From an uncultured Christensenellaceae bacterium (GTDB lineage Bacteria; Bacillota; Clostridia; Christensenellales; CAG-314), in assembly GCA_910585195.1 (NCBI GenBank), contig CAJUCX010000009.1, positions 43-64,042 of the forward strand: 64,000 nt of DNA, in the 5' to 3' direction. Made by a program: the position numbers and the translations under genes. Numbering within the stretch: position 1 is the first letter of the stretch; each line of letters begins with the position of its first letter. The notes under the pieces were generated by a model, which was not told where the DNA came from, made no database searches, and saw only the letters and a program-made list of their open reading frames with translations. Shown here one piece after another: positions 57,487 through 64,000 of the stretch.

Positions 57487-58260
57487 TTATTCTACAACTT
57501 CGCTTTTTTCTTCAACAGGAGCAGCAACAACTGCATCTGTCATTGCGATCGGTTCATCGTCGGTTACGTTTACAACGATACCTTCTCTTGCCTCGATAAC
57601 GGCGTTTGCAATTATCGAAGAAATGATTTTAACTGCGCCGATTGCATCGTCATTGCCTGGGATGACGTAATCTACGTCGTCAGGGTCGCAGTTGGTATCT
57701 ACGATTGCAACGATAGGAATGTTAAGATTTTTTGCTTCTTTAACCGCAATCGCTTCTTTTTTAGGGTCAACTACAAACATACATCCAGGCAAACCGCGCA
57801 TATCTTTAATGCCGCCGAGATTGAGTTGAAGTTTGTCTCTTTCTTCTTTAAGTTTTGCAACTTCTTTTTTAGGCAACAAATCGAATTCGCCCATTTTTTC
57901 CATTTGATTGATTTTATTCAATCTTTCGATACGGGTACGAATAGTTCTGTTGTTGGTAAGCGTACCTCCGAGCCAACGGTTGTTGATGTAGTACATACCG
58001 CATCTTTCCGCTTCTTGTTGAATTGCCGCTTGCGCTTGTTTTTTAGTGCCTACAAACAAAACGGATTTTCCGCTTGCCGCAACGTCTCTTACAAACGCAT
58101 AAGCCTCTTCTGCAAGTTGTACGGTCTTTTGCAAGTCGATGATATGAATATCGTTTCTTGCAGAGTAGATGTACTTCTTCATTTTAGGGTTCCATCTTCT
58201 TGTTTGGTGTCCAAAGTGAACGCCTGCTTCAAGAAGTTGTTTCATTGAAACTACTGCCAT
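57487..58260 (-). CDS. rpsB: 30S ribosomal protein S2
   Basis: [30 protein letters not shown] 58260 is preceded by SD GAGGAG. The 53-codon upstream extension in the track ORF crosses the promoter and leader. Acidic C-terminal tail. Confidence 0.95.
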   Translation of the reverse strand: MAVVSMKQLLEAGVHFGHQTRRWNPKMKKYIYSARNDIHIIDLQKTVQLAEEAYAFVRDVAASGKSVLFVGTKKQAQAAIQQEAERCGMYYINNRWLGGTLTNNRTIRTRIERLNKINQMEKMGEFDLLPKKEVAKLKEERDKLQLNLGGIKDMRGLPGCMFVVDPKKEAIAVKEAKNLNIPIVAIVDTNCDPDDVDYVIPGNDDAIGAVKIISSIIANAVIEAREGIVVNVTDDEPIAMTDAVVAAPVEEKSEVVE

Positions 58261-58390
58261 TTTTCTTTTCTCCTCGTTTTTTACTTTTTGGTTAAAAAGT
58301 CCTCCCTTGCTCTTGTTTGCTCCGACTGCGACCGCAAAAGTACGGCAACTGCAAATCGAATAGACGCAAGGTGCGTAATAAACCTTGCAT

Positions 58391-58419
58391 AGTATATCAC
58401 AGACAAATAACTTTGTCAA
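58391..58419 (-). promoter_or_regulatory. Consensus sigmaA promoter of rpsB-tsf
   Basis: Minus strand: TTGACA (58419-58414), 17 nt ending in TGA (extended -10), TATACT (58396-58391). Leaves a ~125-nt leader. Confidence 0.7.
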
Positions 58420-58451
58420 AAATTTTTACTGCTAAAAAAATTTACTTCAAT

Positions 58452-58483
58452 AAAAAAAAACTTGCGCTCGCACACAAGTTTTT
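58452..58483 (-). terminator. Rho-independent terminator after the DUF1292 gene
   Basis: Minus-strand AAACUUGUGUGCGAGCGCAAGUUU followed by U-rich UUUUUUUAUU, 10 nt after the stop at 58493. Confidence 0.7.
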
Positions 58484-58492
58484 CACTCAAAA

Positions 58493-58894
58493 TTATTTTT
58501 TATGACAATCGCAATTATGTTCGTGATGATGTTCTTCCCCGCAGTGGCAATCGCCTTCGCAATGACAGTCGTCATCACCGCAACTGCAGCCTTCTTCTTC
58601 CATAAGGCGGTTGTATTCTTCAAACACTTTGTCAAGCAACTCGTCGTCTTCGATAGGCACAAACAAATCCTCGCCGTCTTCATCTGTTTCGAGTTTGAAG
58701 ATGACGACTTCTCCTTCGTCAATGTCGGCAAGTTCTTCTGCCGGTTCAAAAAATACATACCAGTTGTCTTCGTATTCTATCGTAGCAACGTGATAAAAAT
58801 CTACCGTTTCGCCGTCTTCGTTTACTAGTTGAATGATATCTTCTTCTATAATATCATTTTCTTCTTCATTTACCTTTTTTTCGAGTTCTTCCAT
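58493..58894 (-). CDS. DUF1292 (YrzB-like) protein with a C-terminal Cys/His-rich extension
   Basis: 133 aa. The acidic core (LVNEDGETVDFYHVATIEYEDNWYVFFEP...FKLETDEDGEDLFVPIEDDEL) is typical of DUF1292 and follows ruvX as yrzB does in B. subtilis. The tail is GCSCGDDDCHCEGDCHCGEEHHHEHNCDCHKK. Confidence 0.8.
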   Translation of the reverse strand: MEELEKKVNEEENDIIEEDIIQLVNEDGETVDFYHVATIEYEDNWYVFFEPAEELADIDEGEVVIFKLETDEDGEDLFVPIEDDELLDKVFEEYNRLMEEEGCSCGDDDCHCEGDCHCGEEHHHEHNCDCHKK

Positions 58895-58903
58895 AAAACC
58901 CTC

Positions 58904-59317
58904 CTATTTTTTTATTTCCAAATAAGTCTGCAAAATAATTGTTGCAGCAACCTTATCTACAACCTTTTTTCTGTCTCCGCGCCGCACGTTGCCTTCAAGC
59001 AAAACTCTTTGCGCAGACGCAGTAGTAAAACGCTCGTCTACAAATACGACTTTTTTGCCCCACGCTTCTTCAAGTTTATCAACAAACTCTCTGACCTTTT
59101 GCGTTTGTAAACTGTCTTGGTTGTTTAAGTTTTTAGGCAAACCGCTGACTATTGTGTCAACTTCCATTTCTTTTGCAAGATTGACAATATAATCAATGTC
59201 TTTGACAAAATCTTTTCTAACGTAAGTTTCAAGCGGATTTGCAATGATTCCCATTAAATCTGAAACCGCAAGACCGATTCTAACGTCTCCGACGTCCAAA
59301 GCAAGAATTCTTCCCAT
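58904..59317 (-). CDS. ruvX: Holliday junction resolvase-like / pre-16S rRNA nuclease RuvX (YqgF)
   Basis: 137 aa. MGRILALDVGDVRIGLAVSD, VDERFTT, AATIILQTYL. Confidence 0.93.
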   Translation of the reverse strand: MGRILALDVGDVRIGLAVSDLMGIIANPLETYVRKDFVKDIDYIVNLAKEMEVDTIVSGLPKNLNNQDSLQTQKVREFVDKLEEAWGKKVVFVDERFTTASAQRVLLEGNVRRGDRKKVVDKVAATIILQTYLEIKK

Positions 59318-59380
59318 AAATTACCAATAACAGTATAACACATTTGTCTCGATAATAAAAGAGTTTTAATTAAAAATAAA

Positions 59381-59399
59381 GGCAAAGAAATCTTTGCCC
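59381..59399 (-). terminator. Small terminator hairpin after the 46-aa ORF
   Basis: Minus-strand GGCAAAGAUUUCUUUGCC followed by UUUAUUUUUAAUU. Confidence 0.5.
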
Positions 59400-59400
59400 G

Positions 59401-59541
59401 TTATTTTGTCAAGTTTTGCACTTGTTGACTTATTGCATCCTGCCCTTTTTGAGCAATCTTTTTTGCCTGTGGGTTAAGTTCTAAAATCATTGCACCCATC
59501 AGCGCGCCCAATGCAATTCCCGCAAAAAATCCGCCTTTCAT
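59401..59541 (-). CDS. Small YtxH-like/Gly-zipper membrane-associated protein
   Basis: 46 aa, MKGGFFAGIALGALMGAMILELNPQAKKIAQKGQDAISQQVQNLTK. ATG 59541 lies 2-3 nt... rather 4 nt after GGAGGTGG. The longer track ORF has no SD. Confidence 0.5.
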   Translation of the reverse strand: MKGGFFAGIALGALMGAMILELNPQAKKIAQKGQDAISQQVQNLTK

Positions 59542-59616
59542 AGCCACCTCCATATAATTATAGTATCGGCTAACGAAGAGTTTTAATGTGAAAATTTCAT
59601 TTACAAAAATTACCAA

Positions 59617-59994
59617 TTATTTTTGTTTCGAGCGATAATCTTTTATTGCTTCTCTTATTGCTTCTTCCGCAAGTACGGAGCAATGCATTTTTTGAGCAGG
59701 CAACCCGCCAAGGCTGTTTACTACGTCTGCGTTTGTAAGTTTTTCAGCCTCTTCAACCGTTTTGCCGATAATCATTTCCGTAGCGGTAGAACTTGTTGCA
59801 ATTGCAGCGGCGCAACCGAAAGTCTGAAATTTTGCGTCAACAATAACGTTGTTTTCTATTTTGAGATACATCTTCATTATATCTCCGCAAGTGGCGTTAC
59901 CGACAGTACCTACGCCGTCGGGATTTTCTATCGTGCCGATATTTTTAGGGTTTGTAAAAACTTCCAAAACTTTTTCGTTATACATATTAGACAT
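59617..59994 (-). CDS. nifU: Fe-S cluster assembly scaffold protein (NifU/IscU type)
   Basis: 125 aa with three conserved Cys contexts: GNATCGDIM, FGCAAAIATSS, KMHCSVLA. Confidence 0.93.
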   Translation of the reverse strand: MSNMYNEKVLEVFTNPKNIGTIENPDGVGTVGNATCGDIMKMYLKIENNVIVDAKFQTFGCAAAIATSSTATEMIIGKTVEEAEKLTNADVVNSLGGLPAQKMHCSVLAEEAIREAIKDYRSKQK

Positions 59995-61171
59995 TTTGAA
60001 TTTCTCCTTCTTTCCAATTAAACAACGGCGACATTTTTCTTAAAAAGTCTATCGTTTCTTTAAGTTTATCTACCGCGTAATCTATTTGCTCCATAGTGTT
60101 GCTCATACCGAATGAAAACCTTATAGAGCCGTGCCCCAACACTATATCAACACCCATTGCAAGCAATACGTGCGACGGCTCTAACGAACCGCTGGAACAA
60201 GCCGAGCCGCTTGATACGGCTATTCCCGCCAAATCCAGACGATATAAAATGCTTTCGCCCTCTATATACTCGAAAGAAAAGTTTGCGTTATTAGGCAGTC
60301 TGTCCGTCCTGGAACCGTTGAGTTTTACGTTGGGAATTTCTTTTTCTACTCTCTCTATAAATCTATCTCTTAGTTTCATGCAATGCTCGGAATAAACTTC
60401 CAAATTATTTACGGCGTCTTCTATTGCTTGTCCCAAACCTACGACTGCAGGCGTATTTGTCGTGCCGCCGCGCATTGCTCTTTCCTGACCGCCGCCGATA
60501 ATAAGTTTGTCTATCTTTAAGCCGTTTCTTATATACAGCGCGCCGACGCCTTTAGGTCCGTAAAATTTGTGTGCCGACAGTGTAAGCAAATCGCAACCTA
60601 TGTCTTTTACGTCAACTTTTATACTTCCGACTGCCTGCACTGCATCTACGTGAAAAATGCTGTCGTTTGCTTTTACTAATTTTGCAATTTCTTTATACGG
60701 TTGAATCGTGCCGACTTCGTTATTTGCAAGCATTATGGAAACAAGTATTGTATCTTTGCGCAAAGCTTTTTTCAATTCTTCCAACAAAACTTTACCGTCG
60801 CGGTCAACAGGAAGTATTGTTACTTCAAAGCCTTGTTTTTTAAGCCAACTGCAACTGTTAAGCACCGACGGGTGCTCTATTGCCGAAGTAATTATATGTT
60901 TACCCTTCGATTGCTTTGCCCAAGCAGTGCCTTTTATTGCCCAGTTGTTGGCTTCCGTTCCGCTGCCTGTAAAATATACTTCATTAGGTAAGCAGTTTAT
61001 TGCCTTTGCGACCTGACTTCTTGCCAAGTCAACTCCTTTTATCGAACTGCGCCCGAAAGTATGCTGAGAATGGGCATTTCCGAACATATCGGTAAAATAC
61101 GGCATCATTTTTTCCAAAACATTTTTCGATACAGGAGTTGTCGCCGCGTGGTCAAAATATATTCTATCCAT
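59987..61171 (-). CDS. nifS: Cysteine desulfurase (NifS/IscS class I)
   Basis: 394 aa. PLP lysine context SAHKFYGPKG; active-site loop SSGSACSSGS. Confidence 0.94.
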   Translation of the reverse strand: MDRIYFDHAATTPVSKNVLEKMMPYFTDMFGNAHSQHTFGRSSIKGVDLARSQVAKAINCLPNEVYFTGSGTEANNWAIKGTAWAKQSKGKHIITSAIEHPSVLNSCSWLKKQGFEVTILPVDRDGKVLLEELKKALRKDTILVSIMLANNEVGTIQPYKEIAKLVKANDSIFHVDAVQAVGSIKVDVKDIGCDLLTLSAHKFYGPKGVGALYIRNGLKIDKLIIGGGQERAMRGGTTNTPAVVGLGQAIEDAVNNLEVYSEHCMKLRDRFIERVEKEIPNVKLNGSRTDRLPNNANFSFEYIEGESILYRLDLAGIAVSSGSACSSGSLEPSHVLLAMGVDIVLGHGSIRFSFGMSNTMEQIDYAVDKLKETIDFLRKMSPLFNWKEGEIQNV

Positions 61172-61571
61172 TATTTTCCCCCTTTATCAGACTATCTAAG
61201 GTAACCGAATCTAAAAAGTCGTTTATAGTTTTGTGCAAATTTGACCAAACATAATACGACCTGCACGACTTTGTGCATTTATGTTCTGTATCAAGACAGT
61301 CTATAATTTGCAAATTGTCTTCCACTGAACGTAAAATTTCACCTACGGTAGTTTTATCTGGAGACTTTGTCAAAACATAACCGCCGAATGCACCCCTTGT
61401 GCTGGTTACCACGTCGGACTTTTTAAGCATTGACATAATTTGCTCTAAAAATTTGTCCGTAGTGCCGACCATTTCACTCAGTTGGGAAACGGTAAGATTG
61501 CCGTTTTCATAATTTTCCGCCAAATAAATGCAAGCAGACAAACCGTATTTAGCCTTTACTGATAACTTCAT
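61164..61571 (-). CDS. Rrf2 family transcriptional regulator (IscR/CymR-like)
   Basis: 135 aa. MKLSVKAKYGLSACIYLA, wHTH, and a three-Cys cluster (CLDTEHKCTKSC) compatible with Fe-S ligation. First gene of the nifS-nifU operon. Confidence 0.88.
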   Translation of the reverse strand: MKLSVKAKYGLSACIYLAENYENGNLTVSQLSEMVGTTDKFLEQIMSMLKKSDVVTSTRGAFGGYVLTKSPDKTTVGEILRSVEDNLQIIDCLDTEHKCTKSCRSYYVWSNLHKTINDFLDSVTLDSLIKGENNG

Positions 61572-61608
61572 AAATTCCCTACTTTTTAATTCCGACTAAT
61601 TCAATAGG

Positions 61609-61637
61609 ATTTTAACACTTAATATTTATATTGTCAA
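61609..61637 (-). promoter_or_regulatory. SigmaA promoter of the rrf2-nifS-nifU operon
   Basis: Minus strand: TTGACA (61637-61632), 17 nt ending in TGT (extended -10), TAAAAT (61614-61609). Confidence 0.6.
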
Positions 61638-61640
61638 CAG

Positions 61641-61673
61641 AAAAAGCCGAAATCATAATGATTTCGGCTTTTT
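61641..61673. terminator. Symmetric rho-independent terminator after glyA
   Basis: 16-nt perfect arms aaaaagccgaaatcat / atgatttcggcttttt, with A/T runs on both sides, 17 nt after the glyA stop. Confidence 0.8.
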
Positions 61674-61689
61674 ATTTTTGAAATTAAAT

Positions 61690-62943
61690 TTATCTCAAAA
61701 TATCGTTTTCGTAAAGCGGGAAGTCTTGCGTAAGTTTCAATACTTTGGCAGAACTTCTTTCAAGAGCGGCTTCTTTATTTTTGATAAGGTCGGCAATAAT
61801 TTCGCCGATGATTACCATTTCTGCCTCTTTCATACCCCTTGTCGTAACTGCAGGCGTACCGATACGAATGCCGCTTGTTACAAACGGACTTTCCTTGTCA
61901 AACGGAATGCCGTTTTTATTTACAGTAACGTGTGCTTCGTCAAGCAAATGCTCAAGCTCTTTACCGGTAATATCATCTTTTGTAAGGTCAACCAACATCA
62001 AATGATTGTCGGTGCCGCCGGTAATGATATTTACGCCGTTTTTAATAAGAGTATCAGCCAAAGTTTTTGCATTTTTTACAACTTGCTTTTGATATTCTAC
62101 AAACTCGGGTTGCATTGCTTCTTTTAAGCAAACTGCCTTCGCTGCAATAACGTGCATCAAAGGACCGCCTTGCGTACCAGGGAAAATTGCTTTGTCAATT
62201 GCTTTTGCGTGTTTTTCTTTACACAAAATCAAACCGCCGCGAGGTCCGCGAAGTGTTTTATGCGTAGTAGTAGTAACAACGTCCGCATATGGAACAGGGC
62301 TTGGGTGAATGCCTGCGGCTATAAGTCCTGCAATATGGGCAATGTCAACCATCATAATTGCACCGACTTTGTCACAGATTTCTCTGAAACGCTTAAAGTC
62401 AATGGCTCTGCCGTATGCGCTTGCACCTGCAATAATCAATTTAGGTTTGCATTCGATTGCAGTTTTTTCCAAAGCGTCGTAATCTATACGATAGTCTTTT
62501 TCAGAAACGAAGTAAGGAACAACGTTAAACCAAGTTCCTGAAACTGCAACAGGACTGCCGTGGGTCAAGTGTCCGCCGTGTGCAAGGCTCATACCCATAT
62601 AAGTATCACCGGGTTTCATAAATGCATAAAATGCCGCGAGATTGGCGTTTGCACCACTGTGCGCCTGTACGTTTGCGTGCTCTGCACCGAACAATTTTTT
62701 TGCTCTTTCTATTGCAAGTTTTTCTGCAATGTCAACGCATTGGCAGCCGCCGTAATATCTCTTGTCTGGCAAACCTTCTGCATATTTGTTGGTCAGGTGC
62801 GACCCCATAGCTGCCATAACGGCAGGCGAGACGATGTTTTCGCTGGCAATCAATTCGATGTTTTGTCTTTGGCGGGTAAGCTCCAACTCAAAACTTTCGT
62901 AAATTTCCGGGTCAGCGGCTTTAAGAGTTTTGAAATCAATCAT
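61690..62943 (-). CDS. glyA: Serine hydroxymethyltransferase
   Basis: 417 aa. LIASEN, PLP site [14 protein letters not shown]. Confidence 0.96.
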   Translation of the reverse strand: MIDFKTLKAADPEIYESFELELTRQRQNIELIASENIVSPAVMAAMGSHLTNKYAEGLPDKRYYGGCQCVDIAEKLAIERAKKLFGAEHANVQAHSGANANLAAFYAFMKPGDTYMGMSLAHGGHLTHGSPVAVSGTWFNVVPYFVSEKDYRIDYDALEKTAIECKPKLIIAGASAYGRAIDFKRFREICDKVGAIMMVDIAHIAGLIAAGIHPSPVPYADVVTTTTHKTLRGPRGGLILCKEKHAKAIDKAIFPGTQGGPLMHVIAAKAVCLKEAMQPEFVEYQKQVVKNAKTLADTLIKNGVNIITGGTDNHLMLVDLTKDDITGKELEHLLDEAHVTVNKNGIPFDKESPFVTSGIRIGTPAVTTRGMKEAEMVIIGEIIADLIKNKEAALERSSAKVLKLTQDFPLYENDILR

Positions 62944-62957
62944 TTTTTTAATCTCCT

Positions 62958-63275
62958 TTATTTTTCTAAATGTTTATTCAAAAATTTTTCCAAATCTTTT
63001 TTAGGCTTAAAACCTACGCTGTTTGCGGCAAGTTCTCCATCCTTAAAAAGACAAACGTTAGGTATACTGAAAACTTTATACTTAAATGCGATTTCTTGAT
63101 TTTGGTCGATATCGACTTTTGCAAAAAGCACTTTATCTCCGTAAACACTTTCGAGTTCTTCAAGCAACGGCGCAAGATTTTTGCAAGGTCCGCACCAAGG
63201 CGCCCAAAAATCAACTAAAACAAATTTTGACGACTTTAACGTATCTTCAAAATTTTGAGCGGAAACTTCCAACAT
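62958..63275 (-). CDS. trxA: Thioredoxin
   Basis: 105 aa with the WCGPC active site ([10 protein letters not shown]). Confidence 0.95.
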   Translation of the reverse strand: MLEVSAQNFEDTLKSSKFVLVDFWAPWCGPCKNLAPLLEELESVYGDKVLFAKVDIDQNQEIAFKYKVFSIPNVCLFKDGELAANSVGFKPKKDLEKFLNKHLEK

Positions 63276-63277
63276 AA

Positions 63278-63703
63278 CTATTCCTCCGAATCTGAAATAA
63301 TCCTTACCAAATAAGGTTTACCCTTTTTACTTAGCGCATATCTCTTATCTATAAGTTTAAGTACCAAAAATCCCAATGCCAAAGCAACTATAAAAATGCC
63401 GAATTGCCAAAACTCAGATAAATTAAGCAAATATGCGGTTAAAAAGCCCACAAGACCGATAAACAACGGCAGAGTATAAATAAGCAAAGACATCTTTAAG
63501 ACCGTTCCGTTTGAAATATTGACCTCTACCTTATCTCCTACTTTTCCTCCAAGCGTGTTTTCCATCGTCATATCAACGTGTGCTGCGTTAGGTTTTATGG
63601 CGCACATATTACAATGTTCGCAACTGGATTTCCTTGGAAATCTTACGGTAATTAAATTTTTTTTTGTGCGGACAATCTGCCCGACTTCTTTCATTTCATT
63701 CAT
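63278..63703 (-). CDS. RseC/MucC (SoxR-reducing system) family protein
   Basis: 141 aa. N-terminal Cys cluster (SSCEHCNMC) beta-domain followed by two TM helices, matching the family architecture. Confidence 0.75.
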   Translation of the reverse strand: MNEMKEVGQIVRTKKNLITVRFPRKSSCEHCNMCAIKPNAAHVDMTMENTLGGKVGDKVEVNISNGTVLKMSLLIYTLPLFIGLVGFLTAYLLNLSEFWQFGIFIVALALGFLVLKLIDKRYALSKKGKPYLVRIISDSEE

Positions 63704-64000
63704 ATAAGTTTATTTACAACAAAAGCGGCAATAACCGACGCACAAGCCGCGGGATAATAAGAAATACTGCCTATCACACCCTCGGACTTATTTGCAATGC
63801 TTTTTGCGCATACGCAAGGAACGTCCTTAACACCTGCTTGGCGAAGATTTTTTCTTATAATTTTTGCCAACCCGTCATTTTCAGTTTTGTAAACGTCTTT
63901 GACTTCAAACGACGGCAAATCGTATCTGTTGCCTGCGCCCATTGCGGAAATAATTTGCAAATTTCTGTTTTTTGCTTCGATAATCAATTCTGTTTTGTCT
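63700..64000 (-). CDS. tcdA: tRNA threonylcarbamoyladenosine dehydratase (TcdA/CsdL, ThiF family), C-terminal part, truncated by the window edge
   Basis: IISAMGAGNRYDLPSFEVKDVYKTENDGLAKIIRKNLR...VPCVCAKS matches the TcdA C-terminus. The reading frame stays open to position 64000. Confidence 0.8.
   Translation of the reverse strand, partial: DKTELIIEAKNRNLQIISAMGAGNRYDLPSFEVKDVYKTENDGLAKIIRKNLRQAGVKDVPCVCAKSIANKSEGVIGSISYYPAACASVIAAFVVNKLI

Noticed and set aside
58261-58419. The 53-codon N-terminal extension of rpsB in the six-frame track ([15 protein letters not shown]...).
   Set aside because: The extension runs through a consensus promoter and leader hairpins, is Cys-rich nonsense, and the conserved S2 N-terminus [18 protein letters not shown] begins at ATG 58260 behind a strong SD. 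The same logic applies to the extensions of rimP, dxr, argR, rluB, cmk and pyrH.
61572-61608. A possible Rrf2/IscR operator in the rrf2-nifS-nifU leader (direct repeat GAATTA-GTCG-GAATTA, CCTA...TAGG).
   Set aside because: It only partially resembles the IscR type-1 half-site (TAGTCGG) and no convincing dyad symmetry is present. It cannot be supported without comparative data.
1-64000. Scan for CRISPR arrays, tandem or dispersed repeats, IS elements/transposases, integrases, tRNA/rRNA genes and toxin-antitoxin or defence islands.
   Set aside because: None seen. All intergenic gaps over 60 nt are accounted for by promoters, terminators, the M-box or the OLE RNA, and every ORF over 100 aa in the coding frame belongs to housekeeping or sporulation families.

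Overview
AT-rich core chromosome from a low-GC, endospore-forming Firmicute (Clostridia-like). It is very tightly packed. About 75 genes lie on the minus strand and only one complete gene (a GT4 glycosyltransferase at the left edge) lies on the plus strand. Gene order follows the classic Firmicute housekeeping synteny, read here right to left on the minus strand. The blocks are: tcdA-rseC-trxA-glyA; rrf2-nifS-nifU; ruvX-DUF1292; rpsB-tsf-pyrH-frr-uppS-cdsA-dxr-rseP-ispG; rimP-nusA-ylxR-ylxQ-infB-rbfA-nrnA-truB-ribF; pepP-efp; spoIIIAA-AH; asp23-nusB-folD-xseA-xseB-ispA; dxs-nadK-argR-recN-spoIVB; two S11 carboxypeptidases; scpA-scpB-ytfI-ytfJ; rluB; a five-gene biotin/Na+ decarboxylase operon; surE; cmk-plsC-ispH::S1; and M-box-mgtE. 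I found no CRISPR array, rRNA, tRNA, transposase or prophage signature. The most notable element is a ~580-nt ORF-free, GC-enriched, highly structured region between ispA and a 4-TM basic protein just upstream of dxs. I interpret it as an OLE (ornate, large, extremophilic) RNA with its partner gene oapA. Other items worth a second look: a 517-aa PolC-like protein (N-terminal domains + OB + DEDDh exonuclease, no PHP or polymerase core) sitting exactly at the syntenic polC slot; a decarboxylase operon with two different carboxyltransferases around one biotin carrier and one Na+ pump; a double-FHA ABC exporter that may be leaderless; an MgtE with an internally duplicated N-domain behind an M-box; a DUF1292 protein with a Cys/His-rich tail; and a tightly coupled 68-aa ORF between frr and uppS. 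All calls come from reading the sequence and the translated ORFs. No database search was run.
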